Both the position numbers and the translations under genes were made by a program. A stretch of 63,142 bases of DNA, the filler included, from Chiloscyllium plagiosum (Eukaryota): NCBI RefSeq assembly GCF_004010195.1. It is 4 parts of one record of this genome, joined end to end, with 100 filler letters (N's around TTAATTAATTAA, not from the genome) between each part and the next. Parts side by side here need not be neighbours in the genome. Positions count along the whole stretch, not along the records: positions 47,613 to 54,404 come from NC_057716.1; positions 54,505 to 63,142 come from NC_057716.1; 2 more parts are not named here. One strand, 5' to 3'. This document shows positions 50,125 through 63,142 of the stretch, piece after piece. Every line of letters starts with the position of its first letter. Position 1 is the stretch's first letter. The notes under the pieces are model-generated. The model saw only the letters and a program-made list of their open reading frames with translations. It did not search any database and had not been told where the DNA came from.

Positions 50125-52116
50125 GATGAACAATTCCTTACAAGTTTATTTAAAATAAAATCCAAATTAAATCACACAAGTACCTTACCAATACAATGAA
50201 GGAGCCAACAGACTTCAGACAGGAAAGTGCTCATCAAGTTTGTTGAGAATATGAAAACTTTGTAAACTAGGATGACAGAATAATGTTCAGCTACAGAATG
50301 TTTACAAATGAGTTACAAATCAATGGGTTTCTGGCACACATTTTATAAATTACCTCCAGAAAAATTGAACTTGGCAAATTGGTGGAAGATACAAAATAAG
50401 TGTTTCTTTCTAAACTTTACTTCAAATAAAATAAACACTTAGCCAAACTTTTAGAGTGGACTTCGGCCAAATGTACCTTTTATTTGTAATTTATCATCCT
50501 CTTCCTCTTTTGCCTCTTAACTGTAGATAAAATATGTGAACAGTTAGTTCCTAGGCTTTAACTGAAGGAAGAGGAATTTCCCCCTTCCAAAGTTTGCTCT
50601 CTCACCTGATTCTTGCAAACTGGCAGTGTACTCATGTCCATGTAATATTATCTCTGTCAGACTGGCGATTAAATGTGTTCCTGTTTCGTCTCTGGGTAAA
50701 AGTACATTAATAATAAACTTTAGGTTACAAACGGAATTACTACTTATGGATGTGTAAACTGGACATTTGAATTGCTCATAAAATATTTTGTTCTAAAAAA
50801 CCATGCCTGAAAAATAGGCATCTCTGCTGGAGTCAGATGAAGAGGGAAGAGAGCAAACTTCACATTCAACTTTACATCAAGCAGTAGCACCGGTAAAAGG
50901 CACACCATATACATAACCACTTGAGGGAGCTAAGAGTATTGATTACACAGCCATTGGTCCACCAATATCCAAGTCATGCTAGTTCTTTCACAAGTGAAAT
51001 GCCAGAAACTCAGATTAACAGTAGATGCTTAGTAAAAATGGACACAGTTTCTAGAAGAACTGTAAACATATTTTCAAATGTAATCTGGATAACTGCACAC
51101 TGCTAAATAAAATATTATCACACAATCTTGATATTCTTTCAAGCAAAATATAGACGCCTTGAATTGCAAAGTGAGTAATCACACACAGCGTTAATGTTAT
51201 ATATTAAATGTAACCATTTCCAGTACCTCATGCAAGTAAAAAAAAAAGCATCTTGTGGCTGTGATTTCAGATTTTAATTTACAGAAACCTGTTTAATGCT
51301 CAGCATAACTCGGAATAGAACACACTCATACAAAGAAAACTGAAAAAGTATCCAGTATTGAAAGAATTCAAAAAATACTTTAATTAGTATGGATGATGTA
51401 AATAACATTATCCATGTATCCCTATTTTGTAAATTTAAATGTCATTCTTTAGTCCCCAGGACACTATTGAGAATATTCCTGGAAGTTAACAATTGCAACA
51501 TTTGAATTTAATCAAAAACCCATAATTCACAAAGGAAGTGAAATACAGTGTGGATTCTGTACAATGATATTTTTCCCTTTAGGAAGAAGCTTACAGAAAG
51601 GTCATGGAAATAGAGAGAACATTGTACAAAGTTTAACATTGAGTAACATTTGCTTATAGTACTGAATTAACATGCAAAAAAAAAGTTACCAGTAACAAGC
51701 AGGTATGGCTGTGTGATTGGTGCAAAAGGTTTTGAAGGACATAAATAGGCAGCAATTGTAAATCAGAGCTGACCGTCCATGCCTTTAAAAAAAGTTACCA
51801 GATAATTATTTAAGTGACTTCCAAGCATTTTTTTAAACTGTCAACTGCATATCCTGCTTGTTGCTTGAATACACTTGTCAAACGTTCTCAGCTTTACTGT
51901 AACAGGGAATTGCACGCAATACAAGTTTCACAGCATTTCTGCAAACACTTGCTGTGTCCCATATTAGAGAAATTTTAGCTGACAAATTCTACTGCAAATA
52001 TTTTGTTTACAATGTGTAAGTTGTTAATTTTTTTTATAGTTTGGAGATTTCATCTTTGATGGTGGGATCCACTTCCTTTCGAAGAATTCGAACTTTAGCT
52101 GCTGAGCACATCTGAT
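50125..52116 (-). other. AGPS: Probable AGPS 3'UTR
   Basis: AT-rich ~2 kb without recognisable repeats after the stop; minus-strand AATAAA at 50479-50484 and 50145-50150; end point inferred. Confidence 0.6.
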
Positions 52117-52335
<219 letters not shown>

Positions 52336-53982
52336 TTAGAAGAGGAGAAATACAGTGTCATATGATTTATTGAGCTTCACTGACTATCAGGCTCATTAAA
52401 CTCAGTGCTCCCCAAAAAAGGAGCTGCACGGTCAGGTTCAATGCAAAACGGAGAACCAATATAAGATACATAAAGATTTGTAGATTTTACTGAAGCTATT
52501 AACACTTAAAGCAGTGGCTTCAATTGTTTTCCAGTAAAATGCATTCCTTGGTAACAGGGCCAATAGATCCAACAAAATTTATAAATTATGAGAAGTGGTT
52601 TATTTCTTACTGCATCTTTAAATAAGCACATTGTGCAATTTAGCTGAATCATCTTGGTCTCTCAAAATACTGAATAGCTAATGTGAATCACACTGCCATT
52701 TTTATCAGATAAATATAATTTGACAATTGTCTATATTCATTTGTGTAGCATAATAATTCATGAATGACATTCTTAACAAATCTTACAATATTACTCCATC
52801 AGCCTGTCCAAAAACAGCTCAATACAATACAGTACAGGTGGAAGATAAGCATTATTCCAGTCAAGTCCACACACATATATACAACCAAACAGCTACTGCA
52901 GTTACAAATGTAATTGCCCAGAAAAGGACACATGCAGCAGTTGACTGGACGGAACATATTATTGCCACTAGGGTGTAGAAACTAACACATGCTTGAATGC
53001 ACACTTCCAACACAATTGTAAACCCATATGGAATTGCACTGACTTTTGAACAGCTAGAAAACAAACATCCCTGCATAGAAAATGAAGCTACTCAGAGCTC
53101 CAAAAGCAGAAGGCACTTGGAGTGCATCATTAGCTTTGTCAGAATGTTAATTTGCACATCCATCTTGTCATATTTCCTCAGTTTATATTTTTATCAAAGT
53201 AAATTGAATATTCATTTGACTAGTGAGCTGAAAACCTGCAGACCACGGGCTGTTTTATTTGCAATATTGTTTAAAATTAATTTTCTCTGTTGGAGTAAAG
53301 TATGTTCACTTTTTATCTCAAGTCAAAGACAAGAAAATAAACAGGTTTTCAACACTGAAAATGCTTTGGCCTTCGTTAAGTAAGTTGGAGCAGAGGGTTG
53401 CTTGAGTGAAGTAGCCAAATAAGTAGTGAAACTAATTTTTAACTTTATTGTCACAAGAACAAAATTAAACCCAACACTATCAACTCAAGTTGAACATAAA
53501 TTTTGAGGCATCTTAAATGTTAAACAGAAGTGACCACTGGCCAAAAGCAAATAAAATGATTGAATACTTGAAAGCATAAAACCTCACACCAACTACATGA
53601 CAAGAGCTCCTAGAAAAATTAATTACTTGCTACATAGCATGATGAAGCAAAAATGTACGCACCAACACTTAAAACTCAAGAATACAGTGAATATTATTGA
53701 AAGGTTAGAACTTTCATTATTTGGCCTTAGTCATTTTATTATCTCTGCCCCGCCCCTCCCCTCCCCCCACCTTCCATTGCACTCCTGATGTGCACCTTAC
53801 AGACAGCATACAGTCACTAAAGAGTCAGGGAGGGAGTTACTTGCTGCAAGATTATTGTAAAACAGTATTTATAGAAACTGGTCCAGTTCAGTTGCTGATA
53901 AATGGTAATCTCTAGGATGCTGACAGTGAAGGATCTACACATGAATCACAGAAAGTAAGAGTATACTAACTAGTCCTTTGTT

Positions 53983-54404
53983 TCTGGATTAGTGGTGCTG
54001 GAAGAGCACAGCAGTTCAGGCAGCATCCAAGGAGCAGCGAAATCGACGTTGCGCGGAAATGTTGGCAGATGATTTGGTGTATGCGAAGGTTGGTAGGGTG
54101 GAAGGTGAGCACCAGGGGCGTTCTGTCCTTGTTACGGTTGGAGGGGTGGGGTCTGAGGGCGGAGGTGCAGGATGTGGACGAAATGCGTTGAACGGCATCT
54201 TTAACCACGTGGGAAGGGAAATTGTGGTCTCTAAAGGAGGAAGCCATCTGGTGTGTTCTGTGGTGGAACTGGTCCTCCTGGGAGCAGATACGGCAGAGGC
54301 GGAGGAATTGGGAATACGGGATGGCATTTTTGCAAGAGGTGGGGTGGGAAGAGGTGTAATCCAGGTAGCTGTGAGAATCGGTGGGTTTGTAAAAAATGTC
54401 AGTG
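53983..54404 (-). mobile_element. Internally deleted Penelope element: RT thumb ORF fragment fused to a family A pLTR
   Basis: TDIFYKPTDSHSYLDYTSSHPTSCKNAIPYSQFLRL..IC...PLVLTFHP, then AACGTCGATTTCGCTGCTCC pLTR in the same orientation. Confidence 0.9.
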
Positions 54405-54504
54405 NNNNNNNNNNNNNNNNNNNNNNNNNNNNNNNNNNNNNNNNNNNNTTAATTAATTAANNNNNNNNNNNNNNNNNNNNNNNNNNNNNNNNNNNNNNNN
54501 NNNN

Positions 54505-55073
54505 GTGTTCAACTGCACTCTCTCCCTATTCCTTGCCTCACTGTCACGTGGCACCGGCAACAACCCAAGAGATGCCGCTCTGTCTGTCCTAGCTTTTAGC
54601 TTCCAGCCTAACTCCCTGAGCTCCTGAATGACCTCCCCACCCCTCTTCCTACCTATGGCGTTGGTGCCAACGTGCACCACGACTTCTGGCTGCACACCCT
54701 CCACCTTAAGGATTCTGAAGACATGGTCCGAGACGTCTTGGACCCTGGCACCCAGGAGGCAACAAACCATCCGAGAGTCTCGCCCATGTCCACAGAACCG
54801 CCTGTCCGTCCCTCTAACTATAGAGTCTCCTATAATTAGCGTTCTCCTCCTCTCCCCCTTTCCCTTCTGAGCCTCAGAGCCGGACCTCGTGCCAGAGACC
54901 CAATCACTGCAGCTTACCCCTGCTAGAACACACCCACTCAAATATCAATCACTTACCTTCCCGACCAGCTCTGCGCTCCACTTCCGACCAGCTCGCGCCG
55001 CTCTCTGCTGTGAAAAGACCCTTGGCGTCGAGGTAAGTTCTTAAATATCAGTCACTTACCTTCCCGACTAGCT
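54505..55073 (-). mobile_element. CR1 5' end: 5'UTR monomers and ORF1 SGNH/GDSL esterase domain
   Basis: LIIGDSIVRG, LGARVQDV, VVVHVGTN; 54925-55073 matches 62686-62846 in reverse complement. Confidence 0.9.
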
Positions 55074-55399
55074 AGTGGGACCCATTTTACTCTAATGAGA
55101 CACAATTTACCATGAAACCTGGTTTATTATCTTTGAAAGACAAAATAAATATAATATGCAGCTTAAAAAAAAAACATCATTCCCTCTAATTTCCTGAGTA
55201 ACCTTACAGTTCTTGAATGCCTATGCCCTCACTGTGGTCTAAGAATCTGTTTTGGAAGTGCAAGATGATTTTTTAAAAAGTTTGTATTACCTCGATTATA
55301 GCTGGTTAAACTGAAGTTGAGGCTGTTCTTCCTGTTTTTCGGTGCTGATCGTTTTCTCTGGAGGGAGCCTTCTGATTTGAGTGGCCTCTTAACTAGTTG

Positions 55400-55597
55400 A
55401 AAACAAAAGATGTTGGAAATCACAGCGGGTCAGGTAGCATCTGTGGAGAGAGAGAGCAAGCTAACATTTCGAAACTACATGACTCTTCATCTGCCTTTTG
55501 TAATAAATAAATGATTTATGATGCTGCCTGACCTGCTGATTTCCAGCATTTTTTGTTTTCAGTACAGAGTCAAGCATCTACAGTAATTTGCTCCTCT
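55400..55597. mobile_element. Penelope pLTR hairpin, family C
   Basis: Inverted arms TGGAAATCA..CAGCGGGTCAGGTAGCATC / GATGCTGCCTGACCTGCTGATTTCCA; TAACTAGTT duplicated on both flanks. Confidence 0.7.
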
Positions 55598-56229
55598 TCT
55601 AACTAGTTACCTGGGTCATTACCAAATCCAGTGCTTTACCAGAAGTTTGATGTAACAATGTATTAACTATCATAATTCAGTTACTCCATGTAAATTGAGT
55701 TTCTGTGCCAGGAAGAGTATTCCAAAAGACAGTATTGGATATTGTAATTCCTCCATTGATTGAGCCAGGCTGTCTCAAAAACATTTCTTTTGAAACTCAG
55801 ACCTATTTTTCCACCAAAACATTGTAGCATTATTTCATCAACGTCTATTGAATGGTCTATCAAGGTGAATGGTTTGCGTACCTTAAAAACTGAAAGAACT
55901 GCAGATGCTGGAAATCAAAATCAAAAACAGAAATTGCTGGAAAAACTCATCAGATCTGGCAGTATCTGTGGAGAGAAATCAGAGACAATGTTTCAGAACT
56001 CTGTGATCCTTCTTCAGAACTCTGTGCTGCAAACTTTCTGACTTAATATCTCATGTCTCATTAACTCCTATTCGATATAATCAATCAGGCTTGCATACCT
56101 GTATGTCTGGCCTGATCCGAATTTCCAGCATGCTGTTCTGTTAGCCAGTTTTCAGTGTGCCATTCAGTTGGGCAATGTTGCTTTTAATGTCCCAAAAGAG
56201 TTGTTATTTTATTTAAAAAGAACATTCTA

Positions 56230-57120
56230 CTACATGCAAGGGGAACTGTTCTCTTTGCTCAGCACTGTCAGTAGACCTTGCCAGTTCTCCTTCAAACTTA
56301 CTGCCCTGGTCAGCACAGTGTCTGTGATCTGGAGGAATTCTCAGGAGTGCAGGAAGAGGGTTAATGACTTTCTGCACACTGCAAGAATGAGTGAGTGCCA
56401 CCATCTTCTCTCTGCTTCCTTATATCTCTGCTACTGCACTCCCCTCCTATCAAGGGTAATGGTCTGCATGCAGCATTTTTCCTCACTTAATCACCCAAAT
56501 CCTCCCCCCCCCCCCCCCCCCCCTAACCCGCATACCCTGTGCACTACCTACTCATTCACCACCTTCCTCTCATCTGCACCAGCACTAATACCTTGGTTAG
56601 CTATTTCCATCATGCTCAATCCCTCTCAAAAGGTAGTGGAATGCCTGCTATTTATCTTCTCATCCCCTTACAAGGAGAGAATCCTTCCCTTAGCACAAGA
56701 GGACAATGATTGCTCATATGTTCATGCCATGACTACCATATCCCAGCAGTCAAGTAAAATTCACCCTTGAGTGCTGCACTGTTTTCCCAGTACCAGCACC
56801 GTGAATGTACTCCCCTGTATCTATTTCACAACTCGTCGCCTGTCTTGTCTCCTGTAGGGACCAGTGGTATTCTCATTGTCACCACTATTGAATAGAGCAT
56901 CCCCTGAGCATATCATCTCCTCCTCCACCACCTCTGAGGAGGAAGAAGACAGACATCCCTGAGAGAACCATTGGCAATGCAGGCCCCACCAGCTTAGATC
57001 CTTACACCTCAGCGGATAACTTAACTAAACTGTAGTCTTCACAAGGAGACAGGATGGTGCCAGTAGACACTCAGCTAGAAGAGGAACCGCATCCTAGCTG
57101 CAGACCCTGGGACTGCACCT
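56230..57120 (+). mobile_element. Possible decayed Harbinger Myb/SANT-like second gene
   Basis: LVSTVSVIWRNSQECRKRVNDFLHTAR resembles the trihelix RxxxQCRKRxNDL motif; acidic low-complexity sequence downstream. Confidence 0.45.
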
Positions 57121-57222
57121 AGATGTAGTGGGAGCGAAAGAAACAGAGAAACTAGGAGCAGGAGTCGGCCATTCAACCTTTCAAGCATGCTCTGCCATTC
57201 AATATGATCATGGCTGATCCTC

Positions 57223-57950
57223 TGTTAGGACACGGGGTATACCCCTCTACTAATTTAAACTAGCAACACAGAAAAGATTCATCCCGTGTTGTAACCTGCT
57301 TAAAATTCAAGAGGCACAGAACTGTCCCAGAGGTCACTATTTACAAATTAACAACTTTATTTTTTAAGTCCAACAGAGAATATTAAAACCAACAACTATT
57401 CACAACTTCTTTCTCTTAAACCTATCTTTTACCTCCTACTCTACAATACCAGTCCGATTAAGAAAATCTCGATTAAGATTTACAAAACAGAGTCACATTT
57501 CTATACCAGTCAGCTTCGTCGACTCTCCTTTGTAGATATTCCTCTGTAGATTCTCCCCAGGTTGGTTCTGCTGTGCAAACTCCATCTACAGACCGGTACC
57601 GCTCAGAGAGCTCTTGAGCTAGCAGCCTACGATTTGTAGGTCGTTTGGCAGTTCTCTCTAGCTGTTCAATATGTCCGGTTTTATACCCCACAACGTAGGA
57701 TCGGTTCATTGGTTTTAATATTATCACAATGCTAAATTCAAATTTGATTGGATTCTGGTATCTTAAACTGGCTGAATTTGAATATGTTTTTGTTCCATAG
57801 CAACACAGCTGCTGACAGCTGTTTCAACCAAGTGTTACATTGTTACCTTGTTCCGGACTCTCTCTGCTTTGTCCTTGCTAGCTTTTCAACTCTTAGATAT
57901 ACAGTACTTCTGCACCTCTATCTTGATTCCAAATTCTACACTTCATTACA
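57223..57950 (-). mobile_element. Probable solo LTR
   Basis: TGTTA...TTACA termini; 4-bp TSD CCTC at 57219-57222 and 57951-57954; minus-strand TATAAAA (~57680) upstream of AATAAA (~57356); interrupts a LINE-tail fragment. Confidence 0.55.
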
Positions 57951-57956
57951 CCTCTA

Positions 57957-58217
57957 GGGCAGCACGGTGACTCAGTGGTTAGCACTGCTGCCTCTTAGCA
58001 CCAGGGTCCCAGGTTCAATTCCAGCCTTGGGTGACTGTGTGGAGTTTGCACGTTCTCCTAGTGTCTGCATGGGTTTCCTCTGGATGCTCTGCTTTCCTCC
58101 CACAATCCAAAGATGTGCAGGTCAGGTGAATTGGCTATGCTAAATTACTCTTCAGAGTGTTGGTATGGACTTGTTGGGCCGAATGGCTAGTTTTCATACT
58201 GTAGGTAATCTAATCTA
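57957..58217 (+). mobile_element. HE1-like tRNA-derived SINE
   Basis: GGGCAGCACGGTGACTCAGTGGTTAGC...GGTTCAATTCC head, GTGTGGAGTTTGCA core, (AATCT)n tail. Confidence 0.88.
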
Positions 58218-58777
58218 TCTTGATTCCAAATTCCTTTTAATATCTAAAAATGTAACAATCTCTTTCTTGAATACATTCTGTGATGAGGGAGAAAGAAAAC
58301 CTTATGATGGTACATATATGGTACAGGTGACATTTCATTATAAATACATTGTTAATTTTGTAAATATACACTCACCTTTCATGTGATTGACCAGTATTTA
58401 AGCTGCAGCTATAAGAATGAAGATGGAGATTCTCACCATCCTTAATTTGACACAACAGTCTAACTCTGTCTGAGTGACAGCTTTCCTTCCCCTTCATATG
58501 CCGATATGAAACTTTGTCTGGATTGAATGAGAGAGTTTAGTTGTGAAGGCTTCCAGTGGTTTGTAACCTTAACCTTTATGAAACAGCAAGAACCACAGTG
58601 AGAGATCTGATTTGATTTGATTTACTGTTGTCACATATACCGAAGCGCAGTTAAAAGTTTTGTTTTATATGCAGTAAGCATGAAGCTGCACTTGCAGTTG
58701 GGATTGTGCAGGGGGCGCTTGTCTTAGCACCATCCAAACTTTTACAGTCTGTGAAAGGTGACTTCCCCCAGTGCTGT

Positions 58778-59165
58778 CTCATAGAATCATACAGCCTATA
58801 GTCCAACTAGTCCATGTCGAACATAATCCCAAACTACATTAGTCCCACCTATCTGCTACTGGCCCATTTCCCTCCAAATGTTTCTTATTCATGTACTTAC
58901 CTAAGTATCTTTTAAATGTAACTGTGCCCACATCCATTACTTCCTCAGGAACTTCATTCTATGTAACCACCCTCTGTAAAACATTTGCCCCTCATGTTTT
59001 TTAAACCTCTCTCCTCCTCAAAATTATGCCCCAGTCTTGAAATCCCCCTATCCTAGGGAAGAGACCTACCATTAACGCTATGTGTACCCCTCATGATTTT
59101 ATAAACCTCCAAAAGGTCAACTCTCAACTTTCTACACTCCAATGAAAAAATGTCCCAGCCTCTCA
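58778..59165 (-). mobile_element. Degenerate CR1 3' end
   Basis: Similar to 1899-2205 and 23212-23640. Confidence 0.8.
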
Positions 59166-60236
59166 AATCCACCTTTAAAAAAATCAATCCTTCCATTAAT
59201 GAGCTTCACAAGAAGTTGCTGTCAGCGCATGTGGAATGTTCTCTTAAAAAAAATTAGCAGGAAATGCAGAAAATCCTTCACGAAATTAAACTTTAATCTT
59301 GCAAAATCATAGCTGTGGGATCCAGCAAAATGTCTTCCTGACTTCCCACAATCTCTTTGTTCTCTTGCAATTTATACAGTTATTCTTCCCGTGCTTCTCT
59401 GATAGTATTAGCATAACCAATCATACTGGCTTGCTTTGCCTTTCTAACATAATCATCGTCTGCCACACAGGTTAAACGTGATGGAGGGAACCAATCACAT
59501 TACAGCAACACCATCTTCAGCATTAGCTCATCTCCCAGTGATTTAACTAACCTATCACAGTGCACTACCCTTATCTGTTACTGGAGCCGTGTAACATGAT
59601 TCTGGGCATATATTACAACACTAAGTTAACTACATAACTGCCAGAATAACTTCCATATATTCCCCCCTTTGAGACCAACAAGTCTCTCACAGAGAAAGAA
59701 TACAAGGAGGCTGAACACCCAACGGCCAAATTGATCAATGGAGCCCCAAAAGCAGGCAATAACAATTTCCAGGGTCCAGACCTCAAAGGATTCTCCCTCC
59801 ACATCTGGAGTCACAGGCAAAAAACCCACCCCACAATAACAGGAACAGGGAAAAAAAACCCTGCATAACCTAAACACGCACACAGCACATGCAAGTCATG
59901 CATCTCCATCTGAACAAGGCTTCAGCACCACAGCAAACATCAGATCACTGAAGCAGAGCGGCGAACCTGCAGTGGAAGAGGGGGCGGGGCCAGAGTCCGC
60001 TGGAACAACAGGGAACTGTCGCACAGCAAGACGCACTAAAAAAAACTCAACAAGAGGAAGAGCACAGTAAAAGACAAAGGCAACAACAAGCAACACAAAA
60101 TCCACAACAAGCCCCCAATCTACCAAAAATACCAGCCCAAGGACTGTTGAGTCCACCATGCCAACTGAATAGTCACATTCAAATGCAGAGAGGGCTTCAG
60201 CAGAGAAATCAATAAATTGCTGCTGATCGTGACAGA

Positions 60237-62624
60237 TATAGAGTCATAGCAATGTATAGCATGGAAACAGACCCTTTGGTCCAACCTGTCCATGCCAACC
60301 AGATATCCAAACCCAATCTAGTCCCACCTGCCAGCACCCAGCCCATATCCCTCCAAACCCTTCCTATTCATATACCCATCCAAATGCCTCTTAAATGTNN
60401 NNNNNNNNNNNNNNNNNNNNNNNNNNNNNNNNNNNNNNNNNNNNNNNNNNNNNNNNNNNNNNNNNNNNNNNNNNNNNNNNNNNNNNNNNNNNNNNNNNNN
60501 NNNNNNNNNNNNNNNNNNNNNNNNNNNNNNNNNNNNNNNNNNNNNNNNNNNNNNNNNNNNNNNNNNNNNNNNNNNNNNNNNNNNNNNNNNNNNNNNNNNN
60601 NNNNNNNNNNNNNNNNNNNNNNNNNNNNNNNNNNNNNNNNNNNNNNNNNNNNNNNNNNNNNNNNNNNNNNNNNNNNNNNNNNNNNNNNNNNNNNNNNNNN
60701 NNNNNNNNNNNNNNNNNNNNNNNNNNNNNNNNNNNNNNNNNNNNNNNNNNNNNNNNNNNNNNNNNNNNNNNNNNNNNNNNNNNNNNNNNNNNNNNNNNNN
60801 NNNNNNNNNNNNNNNNNNNNNNNNNNNNNNNNNNNNNNNNNNNNNNNNNNNNNNNNNNNNNNNNNNNNNNNNNNNNNNNNNNNNNNNNNNNNNNNNNNNN
60901 NNNNNNNNNNNNNNNNNNNNNNNNNNNNNNNNNNNNNNNNNNNNNNNNNNNNNNNNNNNNNNNNNNNNNNNNNNNNNNNNNNNNNNNNNNNNNNNNNNNN
61001 NNNNNNNNNNNNNNNNNNNNNNNNNNNNNNNNNNNNNNNNNNNNNNNNNNNNNNNNNNNNNNNNNNNNNNNNNNNNNNNNNNNNNNNNNNNNNNNNNNNN
61101 NNNNNNNNNNNNNNNNNNNNNNNNNNNNNNNNNNNNNNNNNNNNNNNNNNNNNNNNNNNNNNNNNNNNNNNNNNNNNNNNNNNNNNNNNNNNNNNNNNNN
61201 NNNNNNNNNNNNNNNNNNNNNNNNNNNNNNNNNNNNNNNNNNNNNNNNNNNNNNNNNNNNNNNNNNNNNNNNNNNNNNNNNNNNNNNNNNNNNNNNNNNN
61301 NNNNNNNNNNNNNNNNNNNNAATCAGTCCTTGCCTTTCCAAATACATGTACATCCTGTCCCTCAGGATTCCCTCCAACAACTTGCCCACCACCGAGGTCA
61401 GGCTCACCGGTCTATAGTTCCCTGGCTTGTCTTTACCACCCTTCTTAAACAGTGGCACTACGTTAGCCAACCTCCTGTCTTCGGGCACCTCACCTGTGAC
61501 TATCGATGATACAAATATCTCAGCAAGAGGCCCAGCAATCACTTCTCTAGCTTTCCACAGAGATCGGGTACACCTGATCAGGTCCTGGGGATTTATCCAC
61601 CTTTAACCGTTTCAAGACATCCAGCACATCCTCCTCTGTAATCTGGACATTTTGCAAGATGTCACTATCTATTTCCCTACAGTCTATATCTTCCATATCC
61701 TTTTCCACAGTAAATACTGATGCAAAATATTCATTTAGTATCTCCCCCATTTTTTGTGACTCCACACAAAGGACGCCTTGCTGATCTTTGAGGGGCCCTA
61801 TTCTCTCCCTACTTACCCTTTTGTCCTTAATATATTTGTAAAAACCCTTTAGATTCTCCTTAATTCTATTTGCCAAAGCTATCTCATGTCCCCGTTTTGC
61901 CCACCTGATTTCCCTCTTAAGTATACTCCTACTTTCTTTATACTCTTCTAAGGATTGACTCGATCTATCCTGTCTGTACCTGACATATGCTTCCTTCTTT
62001 TTCTTAACGAAGCCCTCAAATCCTTTAGTCATCCAGCATTCCCTATACCTATCAGCCTTCCCTTTCACCCTGACAGGAATATACTTTCTCTGGATTCTTG
62101 TTATCTGACGGCTTCCCATTTTCCAGCTGTCCCTTTACCTGCGAACATCTGCCTCCAATCAGCTTTTGAAAGTTCTTGCCTAATACCGTCAAAATTGGCC
62201 TTTCTCCAATTTAGAACTTCAACTTTTAGGTCTGGTCTATCCTTTTCCATCACTGTTATAAAACAAATAGAATTATGGTCATTGGCCCCAAAGTGCTCCC
62301 CCACTGACACTTCAGTCACCTGCCCTGCCATATTTCCCAAGAGTAGGTCAAGTTTTGCACCTTCTCCAGTAGGTACATCCACATACTAAATCAGAAAGTT
62401 GTCTTGTACACACTTAAGAAATTCCTTGCCATCTAAATCTTTAACACTATGGCAGTCCCAGTCAATGTTTGGAAATTTAAAATCCCCTACCATAACTACC
62501 CTATTATTCTTACAGATAGCGGAGATCTCCTTTCAAGTTTGTTGCTCAAATTCCCTCTGACTATTGGGGGGGTCTAAAATACAATCCCAATAAGGTGATC
62601 ATCCCTTTCTTATTTCTCAGTTCC
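60237..62624 (-). mobile_element. CR1 LINE ORF2 (endonuclease to 3' end), spanning gap 60399-61320
   Basis: APE motifs VMVGDF, LDLLL, DHNSI; KSPGPD; GNYRPVSLTSVVGKLLE; 3' tail like 1899-2060. Confidence 0.95.
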
Positions 62625-63142
62625 ACGCCAACAGTCTTTTCACAGCAGAGAGCGGTGCGAGCTGGGCGGAAGTGAAGTTGGAGCGCCGAGCTAGTCGGGA
62701 AGGTAAGTGATTGATATTTAAGAACTTACCTCGACGCCAACGGTCTTTTCACAGCAGAGAGCGGCGCGAGCTGGGCAGAAGTGAAGTTGGAGCGCAGAGC
62801 TGGTCGGGAAGGTAAGTGATTGATATTTGAGTGGGTGTGTTCTAGACACCAGGCCCTACATAGTAGGGCCTCCCTCCCATCCTCCTCCTCTAACCTAACT
62901 TTAAAGTCCACAGGTAAGCTACTCAGTGTTCTTGTTTTGGAGACGAAGTGTAGAGTAATGGCAGCGCGGGAAGTGGAATGTTCCTCCTGCAGGATGTTTG
63001 AGGTAGGGGTGACCATCGGTGACCACCGATACTCCTGCCGACTTCATCTGCAGGAAATGCAGTCAGATCCTGCTCCTCACAGAACGAGTTAGGGAACTGG
63101 AACTGGAGTTGGATGAACTGAAGATTATTCGAGAGGCTGAGA
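62625..63142 (+). mobile_element. CR1 5' end: two 109-bp monomers and ORF1 start
   Basis: Tandem units start at 62625 and 62734; ORF1 MAAREVECSSCRMFEV (CxxC) from 62958. Confidence 0.88.

Noticed and set aside
58368..58415. Minus-strand AG/GTGAGT donor considered as the penultimate AGPS exon
   Set aside because: No frame encodes the expected EEILANGGSLSHHHG.

Overview
Vertebrate genomic DNA, almost certainly from a shark or other elasmobranch (HE1-type SINEs, abundant CR1 LINEs). It is repeat-dominated and has several assembly gaps. The only host gene I can support is the last coding exon of AGPS (alkylglycerone phosphate synthase) on the minus strand at 52117-52238, with a probable ~2 kb 3'UTR. 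Main elements: (1) a defective class I (gamma-like) endogenous retrovirus at 31309-38376 (-) with both LTRs, 4-bp TSD, tRNA-Pro PBS, UAG gag-pol junction, an in-frame pol deletion, an env remnant and GTGCAC-centred leader palindromes; (2) many short Penelope-derived insertions, often hairpin-shaped and TSD-flanked, from at least four families, carrying minimal hammerhead-ribozyme cores with covarying stems; (3) a Tc1/pogo-type non-autonomous element in two copies, one with an expanded G-rich 23-bp minisatellite; (4) a CR1 with a probable 5' inversion and 109-bp 5' monomers; (5) decayed Harbinger, RTE, L2 and CR1 fragments. All alignments and counts were done by eye.
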